A stretch of 34,923 bases of DNA, filler included, from Nitrospinae bacterium RIFCSPLOWO2_12_FULL_45_22 (GTDB lineage Bacteria; 2-12-FULL-45-22), in NCBI GenBank assembly GCA_001803565.1. It is 2 parts of 2 records of this genome, joined end to end, with 100 filler letters (N's around TTAATTAATTAA, not from the genome) between each part and the next. Parts side by side here need not be neighbours in the genome. Positions count along the whole stretch, not along the records: positions 1 to 24,347 come from MHDQ01000320.1; 1 more part is not named here. The stretch is one strand, 5' to 3'. Of this stretch, positions 1 to 8,048 are shown in pieces. Both the position numbers and the translations under genes were made by a program. Numbering within the stretch: the stretch's first letter is position 1; every line of letters starts with the position of its first letter. The notes below the pieces were generated by a model. That model saw nothing but the letters and a program-made list of their open reading frames with translations, ran no database searches and was not told where the DNA came from.

Positions 1-25
1 AGCCTTTTTCATCGCAAAACATTAA

Positions 26-142
26 CAAATTATGCGTGAATTGTAGCCGCAACCTTAAGGTTGCGCTATTTATGACAGATGAATTCATTCGCAGGCTAAA
101 GCCTGCGACTACAACAATTTTTATAAATTTACGCATAATTTG
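26..142. repeat. GTAG-type REP doublet (REPIN-like) inside a 17-bp outer inverted repeat
   Basis: GTAGCCGCAACCTTAAGGTTGCG (from 43) faces CGCAGGCTAAAGCCTGCGACTAC (to 112). Outer IR CAAATTATGCGTGAATT 26-42 vs AATTTACGCATAATTTG 126-142 (16/17). Confidence 0.75.
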
Positions 143-483
143 GTATTATAAGGGGCTAAAGTTTTATTGTAATCGTTCACCACAGAGCACGCTGAGAACA
201 CAGAGAAAAGATTACTCTTGAAATTTATGTGCTAACCTTCGAATACCATCATTATAGAGCCTTGACATTGATCATTCGTCATAAAACATTGGGCAATGAA
301 CAATGATATAAAAAATTCATTTCCCACAAGGGGATATTTTTCATCCCCCCTTGATAAGGGTTATATCTCATTTTATATGACATTGCAAGACTTGACCCCA
401 TCTGCCCATATAACTTGCCTTCCGGATTCAATTCTGACAAAATATAGAAAACTTTATAATCAATTGTTAGGGATTAAAACTAT

Positions 484-864
484 ATGACAAGGAAAAATCC
501 GTTTGCCCAATATGAAGAGTGGGGAGAAGAAAAAGTGCGTCACCTTTTGGCTACAGGTAGAATTCAACCTGGAAGTGAGAGTCATAACAAAATGTCCTCA
601 TGGTTAAAATTATTGGATGATAAACGTACCGTAGTGCAGGCAGTACGGGCTGAAACACGGGAAGAAGAAACCCTTTCCATTTCTCGCAAAGCCTTACAAG
701 CTTCCGAAGAGGCTAATTCAATTGCATCAAAAGCGCGATTTGAGGCCCGCCAGGCAAATATTATAGCAATTATCGCTATGATATTAAGTGGGATTATAGC
801 TATCATTGCCACATCAGATAAGCTCATATTATTCCTCCAAGGGCTTGGAATCGTAAGCCTCTAA
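484..864 (+). CDS. Hypothetical membrane-anchored protein, probable integron cassette gene
   Basis: 126-aa ORF with a helical N-part and one hydrophobic C-terminal segment. Core site GTTAGGG (466-472) precedes it and its stop codon lies within the attC R'' box. Confidence 0.7.
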   Translation: MTRKNPFAQYEEWGEEKVRHLLATGRIQPGSESHNKMSSWLKLLDDKRTVVQAVRAETREEETLSISRKALQASEEANSIASKARFEARQANIIAIIAMILSGIIAIIATSDKLILFLQGLGIVSL

Positions 865-907
865 CAAGTCATTGGAGCTGACGGCGAAACGTCGCAGCCC
901 GTTAGGA
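859..907 (+). other. Degenerate attC site (L' side partly deleted)
   Basis: CTCTAAC...GCTG-A-CGGCG AAA CGTCG-CAGC...GTTAGGA. R'', R' and the inner stem are present, but the site is only 49 bp and lacks the complement of CATTGGA. Confidence 0.65.
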
Positions 908-914
908 GGAAATC

Positions 915-1151
915 ATGACAAATGAAGAAATAAAACAGAAACTTGAAGCATCATTTCACCCCTATCGTTGTGTTGCTGAAATATGGGACTACCGTCAAAA
1001 AATACGGTTTCATATCTTTGATCAAAACGATAAACCCATAATTACAGCCCCAGAGATTGTAATACCTAAAATCAACCGTGAATCCTGGTTGTCTTCTCTT
1101 ATCAGACAAACTAAAGATGAAATTAAGAGAAAAAATTATTTTATTGATTAG
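915..1151 (+). CDS. Small hypothetical protein, probable cassette gene
   Basis: 78-aa ORF with AGGAGG RBS overlapping the GTTAGGA core site. Confidence 0.7.
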   Translation: MTNEEIKQKLEASFHPYRCVAEIWDYRQKIRFHIFDQNDKPIITAPEIVIPKINRESWLSSLIRQTKDEIKRKNYFID

Positions 1152-1371
1152 GCGTGTAACAACCGGCAATTATCTTTACTATGCAACCATTACTGGCCTT
1201 AAACCGCACGCATTCACCATCTACCTCAAATGGCGTTCCATCAATTTCTTTGGCGTTATCACGGGCGAGAGCGTCAGCATACTCACGTAGAGCTGTAGGA
1301 ACGGCATGGCAAAAAGCATCCTGCTCTTCTTGCAATCGTTCAACCATAATATTCAAAAGGCGGTAAATCAT
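1141..1371 (-). CDS. Small hypothetical protein, reverse-oriented cassette gene
   Basis: 76-aa ORF with AGGGGGTGA RBS on the minus strand. Lies between the TTAGGCG remnant (~1148) and the attC at 1383. Confidence 0.5.
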   Translation of the reverse strand: MIYRLLNIMVERLQEEQDAFCHAVPTALREYADALARDNAKEIDGTPFEVDGECVRFKASNGCIVKIIAGCYTPNQ

Positions 1372-1382
1372 AATTAATCACC

Positions 1383-1442
1383 CCCTAACCAGCGGCTGGA
1401 CTTGACCGGGGAAGCCCCGGCAAGTCAGCCGTTACGTTAGGC
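1383..1442 (+). other. attC integron recombination site
   Basis: CCCTAAC-CAG-CGGCTG-g-ACTTG-a-CCGGGG-AAG-CCCCGG-CAAGT-CAGCCG-TTAC-GTTAGGC: 60 bp, R''/R' boxes, unpaired spacer and two extrahelical bases. Confidence 0.85.
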
Positions 1443-1491
1443 GTGACGTGAGGGCCTGATGGAACATTTGTCAATGTCTATAGCGGAGGTA

Positions 1492-1636
1492 ATGGCAGGT
1501 TTGGACTGGAGTGCTTGGGTGACCGCTTTGGCCACTCTTGTATTGGCCATCCTCACATTCGTGTACGTCAGGCTTACCAAAAAGATTCTTGATGCTCAAT
1601 CTGACCCCTGCGTTGTTCTTACCGTAGTGCACACGA
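1492..1636 (+). pseudogene. 3'-truncated cassette gene (N-terminal TM helix) interrupted by a small IR element
   Basis: GGAGGT RBS before ATG 1492; reads MAGLDWSAWVTALATLVLAILTFVYVRLTKKILDAQSDPCVV. The frame then runs into the repeat at 1637. Confidence 0.55.
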
Positions 1637-1800
1637 TGTGGCTATTTTCTGTCAGAAATCCATTAATAAGGGTAGCGGCAGAGATTGTCTCTACTTTCAT
1701 CCTCCAATGGCAAAGGCAAGCTTTGCAGCTACATTTGATCGGCATTGTTAACCCCGGATTCAGGGTTATTATATAAGCTTTATGACAAAGAATAGCCACA
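1637..1800. mobile_element. MITE-like element with 18-bp terminal IRs enclosing a degenerate GTAG REP doublet
   Basis: TGTGGCTATTTTCTGTCA vs TGACAAAGAATAGCCACA (16/18). Inner GTAGCGGCAGAG (1672) ... CTTTGCAGCTAC (1732). The right end recurs at 6093-6118. No target duplication seen. Confidence 0.6.
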
Positions 1801-1863
1801 CCCAATTAATTTTAATGAAATGATCTGATATGTTCTGATTATCAGCATCGGGAGGAATAAATT

Positions 1864-2061
1864 ATGGAGGAATATACCACAGTACCCAGGCTTGTGCGGG
1901 TAAGAGCGCGGGGTCAACTCACGATCCCCCAGGAGATGAGGGAGGCATTAGAGCTTGATGAGCATACGGGTCTCAATATCCTTCGGGTTGGCAAGGTATT
2001 GCTTATGACTCCAAAGCGATTGCAACGGGCCTCGCTGGCCGCAGAAGTGGAGCGGGAGTAG
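1864..2061 (+). CDS. AbrB/MazE/SpoVT-family DNA-binding protein (orphan antitoxin-like, possibly truncated)
   Basis: VRVRARGQLTIPQEMREALEL swapped-hairpin motif; GGAGG RBS. Confidence 0.8.
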   Translation: MEEYTTVPRLVRVRARGQLTIPQEMREALELDEHTGLNILRVGKVLLMTPKRLQRASLAAEVERE

Positions 2062-2115
2062 CTTTTTTGGTTCTTTTCTGGTTACACAGCGTGTGCACCG
2101 GATTCAGGAGGTTAG

Positions 2116-2844
2116 TCAATTAATGGGTAGGTCAATGATAAAAGAAGTTCCTTTGCCCACTTGACTTTCAACCTGTATATTACCGGAATGATTTAGTATT
2201 ATGCCATAAGTAGCAGTGAGGCCTAATCCTGTACCTTCGCCCAGGCGTTTAGTAGTAAAAAATGGATCAAATATTTTATCTATGTTTTTTCCTTTAATCC
2301 CTACACCCGTATCCTTAATTATCACCCGGATACTATTATTGTGGGGTTCAGTCTTAATATAAAGCCTTCCCCCGCCAGGCATAGCATCCTTAGCATTATT
2401 AAATAAGTTTAAGAAGGCTTCCATTATCTGGTTGCGGTTGCATTTAATTGCTGGTATCTCTGGATAATATTTTTTTATTATTCTAACATTCTTAAAATGT
2501 TCAAGGGTTTCTACCTGAGAAGCGGTTGCGTCTAGAATAGAATTGATGTTTAGTGATGATTTTTCCTTTCTCTCATCCACCGTACGGACAAAATTCAAAA
2601 AATTATTAACAATCTCTTTGATGCGATTTGCACTATTCATCATGGATTTTAAACACACCAGCATTTCATTATCCAGTTTTTCCTCTGACATTAGCAACAG
2701 TTGGAGATAATTACTGATGCAGCACAAGGGGTTATTGATCTCATGAGCGATACCTGCCCCTAGTTCACCTAAAGCTAGCATCTTTTCTGCGTGAACTAAC
2801 TGCTTGTGGGTCTCCTTATCAACAACGAAATTTTTCTTCTTCAT
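2116..2844 (-). CDS. Sensor-less NtrB-like histidine kinase (HisKA + HATPase)
   Basis: H-box AGIAHEINNPL, N-box LNLFNNAKDA, G1 DTGVGI, F-box FDPFFTTK, G2 GTGLGL. Confidence 0.93.
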   Translation of the reverse strand: MKKKNFVVDKETHKQLVHAEKMLALGELGAGIAHEINNPLCCISNYLQLLLMSEEKLDNEMLVCLKSMMNSANRIKEIVNNFLNFVRTVDERKEKSSLNINSILDATASQVETLEHFKNVRIIKKYYPEIPAIKCNRNQIMEAFLNLFNNAKDAMPGGGRLYIKTEPHNNSIRVIIKDTGVGIKGKNIDKIFDPFFTTKRLGEGTGLGLTATYGIILNHSGNIQVESQVGKGTSFIIDLPIN

Positions 2845-2959
2845 ATCTTTTCTCTACCCGTTTTGGGCCTATCTATTATCCCGACTTTGGTAGTCTAGCT
2901 CATCATGAATTTCGGATAGACTATAGTGTATACCCCCAGTAAATCTTGGATCTCTCCTC

Positions 2960-3364
2960 TTAGTCAAACCTTACATCCCATTTCCCAAATGATGCCCTCT
3001 CATCAAGCATTCTTGGGCCAAAGAAACCTATCTCTTTTCTAAGATTGAAAATTTCCATCTGTTCCAATAATCTGGGGTCCAGATTTATAACGTTGATACT
3101 TCCCTTCTGATTAATCTTTGTCATTTCGTAGTAAGCATCATATAAGAGTTCAAAAATGTTAAAGTTTATCTTGTCAAGAAATGCCCCATTGATAATAATA
3201 TTCTTTTTCCCTTTTCTAATCGGCTCCATCAAGATTTCTTTGAACTCAAATATATTATTGCCATTTATCTCTCCTTCCCAATTGACAAATTCTATGGTGG
3301 AAAGGTCATTCACTAAGAAGGGTCTTATTAGGCACTTTTTATATTCCCGGCCCTCTATTACCAC
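2960..3364 (-). CDS. STAS / anti-sigma-factor-antagonist-like protein (possibly the C-terminal part of the upstream gene via UGA recoding)
   Basis: EGEINGNNIFEFKEIL...KNIIING..LDKIN...INVINLDPRLLEQMEIFNL follows the STAS pattern; the DSSG phospho-Ser motif is absent. Confidence 0.65.
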   Translation of the reverse strand: MVIEGREYKKCLIRPFLVNDLSTIEFVNWEGEINGNNIFEFKEILMEPIRKGKKNIIINGAFLDKINFNIFELLYDAYYEMTKINQKGSINVINLDPRLLEQMEIFNLRKEIGFFGPRMLDERASFGKWDVRFD

Positions 3365-3436
3365 CCAATTTCCTTTATAACCGCATCTGTCTTTCTTTAA
3401 GCAATAATATCCTCCGTGATATACCTGAGCAAAGAG

Positions 3437-4237
3437 TCAGCGCGATACAGATTCTGGTTTGTTCTTAAGATTTTGCCTCTCTTGCTCAACTCTTTCTTTA
3501 CTTTCTTCCAGACATCTTTCAATTACCTGCTCTATTTTATTTGGGCTATCCCCAAAAAGAATGCAGTCATCCGCACCGTAAGCAAAAAGCATGTCTCTAA
3601 TTTGATCAAACTCTGACTCATCAGCAACTATAACAATAGGATATCCCTCTCTACCTTTCTTTTTATTTCTCTCCAATAATTTGGGTGCCAATGGGTTATT
3701 TATTTCGATTAAGATTACATCCGGAGCCTCTTCTGAAATCTTCTTTAGCATTTGGTTTAAATTATCTTCTTTTCCTGAATAGAGACTGATTTGATAGGTT
3801 GATAATTGATCTTTGAGTCTGTTAAAGAGTGTTTGAGAAGCCAACAGTAATTTCTTTTTCTCATCCTCAATTTCTTTATTTTGGGTTAGTCTTTCAATAA
3901 GTAATTTCACATCCCCCGGATTATAAGGTTTTTTAAGGTAGTCTACTGCCCCATATTTTTTTGCATTAAGGAGAGTATCTATGCCTGGATAACCTGTTAC
4001 CATTATAGTCTTAACCTGAGGGGAGCGCTCCCTCAATCTCCGCAAAAAATCAATACCATTCATCTGTGGCATCATAATGTCAGTAATGACTATCTCCGTA
4101 TCCTCAGTTATTTTCTCTAACCCTTCCTGGGCACTGATTGCCGTTACAGTACAAAACCCTTCCTTCTGTAAGTATTCGCTAAGAGAAACCGCTATACTAG
4201 AGTCATCGTCAACTATTAAAATATTCTTATTACCCAA
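3437..4237 (-). CDS. Response regulator: receiver + pseudo-receiver + coiled coil
   Basis: ILIVDDD, ITDIMMPQMNG, MVTG, DYLKKP. Second degenerate REC (PDVILIEI...PIVIV...GADDCI). GAGGGGGG RBS before TTG. Confidence 0.92.
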   Translation of the reverse strand: MGNKNILIVDDDSSIAVSLSEYLQKEGFCTVTAISAQEGLEKITEDTEIVITDIMMPQMNGIDFLRRLRERSPQVKTIMVTGYPGIDTLLNAKKYGAVDYLKKPYNPGDVKLLIERLTQNKEIEDEKKKLLLASQTLFNRLKDQLSTYQISLYSGKEDNLNQMLKKISEEAPDVILIEINNPLAPKLLERNKKKGREGYPIVIVADESEFDQIRDMLFAYGADDCILFGDSPNKIEQVIERCLEESKERVEQERQNLKNKPESVSR

Positions 4238-4394
4238 GGAATATCCCCCCTCTAGGATTTATTTACCCCGATACCATTAAACCCTTATTCTTGAGGTTTT
4301 CTAATGGGTACATTAATTTAATATCTCTTTTAGGGATCATCTTGAAATTTGTAGGTAACTACCAGACACCAAGGAGACAAAAACCCATAATTTA

Positions 4395-4423
4395 TAATCG
4401 GCATTTCTCTCCAATAAATTTAG
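4395..4423 (-). promoter_or_regulatory. Putative sigma28 (FliA/SigD)-type promoter
   Basis: Minus strand CTAAA-N16-GCCGATTA, ~160 nt upstream of the response-regulator start. Confidence 0.55.
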
Positions 4424-4637
4424 GGAAATAATTCCCATTACATTAAAAATCCCCTCAAGGAGTGCCTACCAGTAATTAGGACTAGGCATCGGCGCGGAAA
4501 TCAGTATAATATCTGAGTAAGCCTTCCCGTAGAGACTTGGTTACTGGTCATTGGTTAATAATTAATGACTGATGACTATTTATTCTCGGCGCTTTGTAGC
4601 GCATAATTTATGATAACCTATCAGGTAGGAGGAAGAG

Positions 4638-5978
4638 ATGGCTAGATTAAAAACAACTAGAGTGGTTTTGGGCTTATTTTTGTTACCTTTAACCTTCTTT
4701 TTTAGCGAGGCTTTTGCCGAATATGGCGATCCGACGGCAGAAGAGCAATATATGCTGGAGCTGATAAATAGGGCCCGGGCCAACCCCGCCGAGGAGGGAC
4801 AACGCTTCGCATATACCAATGATACTGACGTACAGAATGCTATAAATTATTTTGCGGTCAATATATCTACCATGATAGCCGAATTTAATTCTTATCCTAC
4901 CCATCCGCCGCTGACCTTTGACAAGAGGTTAATAGATATGGCCCGCTTTCATTCGGACGATATGCTAAAGTATAATTACCAGGGGCATACTGGCTCAGGG
5001 GGTGATACCCTGACTGATCGGCTCAAGCTTTTTGGCTACGATTATTCATCTGCTGCGGAAAACGTTTATGCCTATGCAAAATCTCTCTTTTATGGCCATG
5101 CAGGATTCATGGTAGACTGGGGAGTTCCCGATTTAGGACACAGGAAGAACCTCCTTGAATTTACTAAAACTGGTAGCATACACAAGGAAATCGGCATCGG
5201 TATTGTCCATACAGTTACTTCCTCGACCTTCAAAAATCTTTTAAAATTCCAACCCCCGGGTATTTTTCTCCAGGCAACCGTGGGCCCCATAATTATAACC
5301 GAGAACTTTGCCCTATCTCGCTCGATGACCCAGGGCCCTTCTCTTCTAGGGGTAATATATGACGATAAAAATGGCAATAATTTCTATGATATCGGTGAAG
5401 GTCTAAAGGGTGTCACGGTAGAATCGGATAATGGTCAATCTACCACTACTTCCACTAGCGGTGGGTATTCTATGGAAATAACCTCTCCCGGTAGTTATAT
5501 AGTAAAAGCCACAGGTGGCGGATTATCATATCCCCTTACCAAAACTGTCGAGATAGCCGATAAGAATGTTAAAGTAGATTTTCTAGCTTCAGAATCTCAG
5601 GCTAATACATTACTATCCTTATCCTTATCTAAAAGCGCATATTTGGTCGGTGAAGCTGTAACCCTGTATGTGAGTGTGTATCCCGGGATAGATATTGAGA
5701 GCGCCGATGTATATCTAGTATTGGTCTATCCAGATATAAGCTTTAGGAGCGTGACAGATATTGATGGTTCATTAGGGGAACAGAATAAGGCCGTTGCCCT
5801 GGCTAAATCCTGGCCTGTTACTGCGGTTTCTGCCTATCCCCTGTTCCAGAAGACTTTCCAGCTTACGGATCAGAAGGGGAAATATCAGTTATTCCTTATC
5901 CTGGTTAAACCAGGCGCTGATCCTTTAAATATCTTTAACTGGCTGACCTATAAGGATGTCAGTTTTTCGCTACAATAA
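4638..5978 (+). CDS. Secreted CAP/SCP-domain protein with beta-sandwich C-terminal domains
   Basis: Signal peptide ending AFA; EQYMLELINRARANP, ARFHSDDM, GHTG, AENV, GHRKNLL, EIGIG. GVIYDDKNGNNFYDIGEGL resembles an SdrD-B-like repeat. AGGAGG RBS. Confidence 0.85.
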   Translation: MARLKTTRVVLGLFLLPLTFFFSEAFAEYGDPTAEEQYMLELINRARANPAEEGQRFAYTNDTDVQNAINYFAVNISTMIAEFNSYPTHPPLTFDKRLIDMARFHSDDMLKYNYQGHTGSGGDTLTDRLKLFGYDYSSAAENVYAYAKSLFYGHAGFMVDWGVPDLGHRKNLLEFTKTGSIHKEIGIGIVHTVTSSTFKNLLKFQPPGIFLQATVGPIIITENFALSRSMTQGPSLLGVIYDDKNGNNFYDIGEGLKGVTVESDNGQSTTTSTSGGYSMEITSPGSYIVKATGGGLSYPLTKTVEIADKNVKVDFLASESQANTLLSLSLSKSAYLVGEAVTLYVSVYPGIDIESADVYLVLVYPDISFRSVTDIDGSLGEQNKAVALAKSWPVTAVSAYPLFQKTFQLTDQKGKYQLFLILVKPGADPLNIFNWLTYKDVSFSLQ

Positions 5979-5993
5979 AAATGCTCCTTTTTT

Positions 5994-6022
5994 GTAGTGG
6001 CAGAGCTTGCTCTGCTAGGAAT
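5994..6022 (+). repeat. GTAG-type REP palindrome
   Basis: GTAGTGGCAGAGCTTGCTCTGCTAGGAAT; near copies at 15925-15952 and 26806-26834. Confidence 0.7.
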
Positions 6023-6200
6023 GTTGAGCAGGCCTTCGGGCTGAGGCCATCTAGGCCGAAGCGTGAACATTACAAATTATATTAGCTAGACGTTATGATA
6101 AAGAATAGCCACACCCAAATTATTTGAAGAGAGTCTATTTTTACCCGGATGATTATCCCGGGCCCTATCGCTCCCTTTTAAAGCCTTTAATGGATTGGTA

Positions 6201-7847
6201 ATGCCTCTCACATACCCGGCCAAGCAGCCTCACCTGGCGGTTATCCAACTAGGCCGCCTAGGGGATATGATACAATCCACGTTGGCCCTCAAGGCATTAC
6301 GCCAGCAAAACCCCGCTGCTCACCTCAGCCTGATCGCCTTTAAACCCTTTGTCAAGGTATTGGCCCACTGGCCGGTCATTGATGAGGTTATTACCCTTGA
6401 TCAATCTGAATGGTCTTACCTGACCGAGCCTAATGCCTGGGATAGTGCTACCTATGCCCCGGTAGTCAATGCCTTTGCCAAGAAATTAAATAAATTTGAT
6501 CGGGTCTACAATCTAACTTTTAACGAGCTTGCCTCTTATCTGGCTTACTCCCTCGCTAAGCCTAACCAGGTAACGGGCTTTACCCTGGATGATGTAGGAA
6601 ACTTTGTCTGTGCTAGCGATTGGGGACAATACCTGACAGCAAGTTTGGACTTTCGTTTACTTAATCCCTTTAATCTCGTGGACCTTTTTGTCTTGATGGT
6701 GCAGGGGTACCCCTTCTCTGGTACGCTGCATGTATCTAGCAGTAATATAGACCAAGCATCAACCTTGCTCCCAGCCAATTGCGATGATACTATCATGATC
6801 GCCTTGCAATGTGGCGCCAGTAGAAACCAGCGTTGCTGGCCCCTAGAACAGTTTGCCTCCTTAGCCAATATCCTGACCGATCATCCCAGGGTGCGGCTCG
6901 TATTTGTGGGTACAGAGGACGAAGGACCCCTTGTAGCTCAGATTATCTTATTGATGAAGGACAAACAGCGGGCCATCAATCTGACTGGCCAAACTCAGCT
7001 TAGCCAACTGGCCGATGTCATCAGGCAGGTGCGCCTTGTGGTGGGTAACGATACCGGTACGATGCATCTAGCCGCCGCAGTAGGCACTCCTACAGTGACC
7101 ATCTTTTTGGATTATGCCCATTTCTGGGAGACTGGACCGTATGGTTTTGATCATCTGGTCCTACAGGCCGCTCCACCCCAATATCCTTCCCAGGCAACCA
7201 TTTGGGGTCAATCATCCAGCCAGATTAGTACCACCGCGGTAGCCATCTGCATAAGTCAGTTAGTACCAGAATTGCAATCGCTAACCATAAGTAGCCCAAA
7301 TAATCAGTTGCCCTGTTATCGCTCACGCCACCTCTGGGGGCAATTAGATTATGTCCCTATTGATTCGGGAGCTGGGGCGTTGGATGATGCCTTACGGCTT
7401 ATTTATCGCTGGGTATGGCTTTCGGCCCTTTGCCCGCCAGACCAATTTACTATACCGTTAGATACTTTAATAGAGACTTTACCGCAAAGTTTTATCCTGA
7501 CCGCTGAAATCTTTGCAGGTCTTTGGCAGACCAGGACAAAGGCCCAAAAGGTCTCGCGGGAATTAGAGCGTTTTCAAGAAATAGTGGCTTCTTGTGAGCA
7601 GGGGGGGCAAAATTGGGTATTTACCTCTCTGGGCATATCACTACCTCAACCACTAGGGCCTATCTTGCAGGAATGGGAAAAAGATATCCAGTCAAAAGTA
7701 AGGCCCATCACAAGTTTTTTGCTATGGCAAATGCGAAACCATCTCGCTACCGGCCTTCCTGAAACCATCAGTAGTTATCTTAGTAATATCCAAACCGCCA
7801 GCCGCGCAACCCAGGCATTAATCAAGGCCCTAGATAAAATATTGTAG
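6201..7847 (+). CDS. Glycosyltransferase family 9 (heptosyltransferase-like) with C-terminal extension
   Basis: IQLGRLGDMIQS, GASRNQRCWP, NLTGQT, VGNDTGTMHLAAAVGTP. Start taken at ATG 6201. Confidence 0.9.
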   Translation: MPLTYPAKQPHLAVIQLGRLGDMIQSTLALKALRQQNPAAHLSLIAFKPFVKVLAHWPVIDEVITLDQSEWSYLTEPNAWDSATYAPVVNAFAKKLNKFDRVYNLTFNELASYLAYSLAKPNQVTGFTLDDVGNFVCASDWGQYLTASLDFRLLNPFNLVDLFVLMVQGYPFSGTLHVSSSNIDQASTLLPANCDDTIMIALQCGASRNQRCWPLEQFASLANILTDHPRVRLVFVGTEDEGPLVAQIILLMKDKQRAINLTGQTQLSQLADVIRQVRLVVGNDTGTMHLAAAVGTPTVTIFLDYAHFWETGPYGFDHLVLQAAPPQYPSQATIWGQSSSQISTTAVAICISQLVPELQSLTISSPNNQLPCYRSRHLWGQLDYVPIDSGAGALDDALRLIYRWVWLSALCPPDQFTIPLDTLIETLPQSFILTAEIFAGLWQTRTKAQKVSRELERFQEIVASCEQGGQNWVFTSLGISLPQPLGPILQEWEKDIQSKVRPITSFLLWQMRNHLATGLPETISSYLSNIQTASRATQALIKALDKIL

Positions 7848-7905
7848 ACACGGATTCATCCGTGCCAGGAATAGCAAGAATAGAGTATTGCTCCCCAAAA
7901 ATCTC

Positions 7906-7934
7906 TTGGATTTTACGCTTAATTCAGATAAGAT
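7906..7934 (+). promoter_or_regulatory. Putative sigma70 promoter
   Basis: TTGGAT-N17-TAAGAT upstream of 8049. Confidence 0.35.
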
Positions 7935-7971
7935 TAAAAAAAGAAAAACCGTGCACCACGACACTAAGCAT

Positions 7972-8030
7972 CAGTAAGGAGTAATGAGTTAGCAGTAACG
8001 GCTTACGGCTCACTCCTTACTCCTCACTCA
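7972..8030. repeat. Palindromic array of degenerate 7-mers
   Basis: AGTAAGG AGTAATG AGTTAGC AGTAACG, then inverted GCTTACG GCTCACT CCTTACT CCTCACT. Confidence 0.65.
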
Positions 8031-8048
8031 TAACCCCAGGAGGCAGGG

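Noticed and set aside
36-487. ORFs 36-221 and 296-487
   Set aside because: They run through repeat or promoter-like DNA, with no RBS or recognisable motif.
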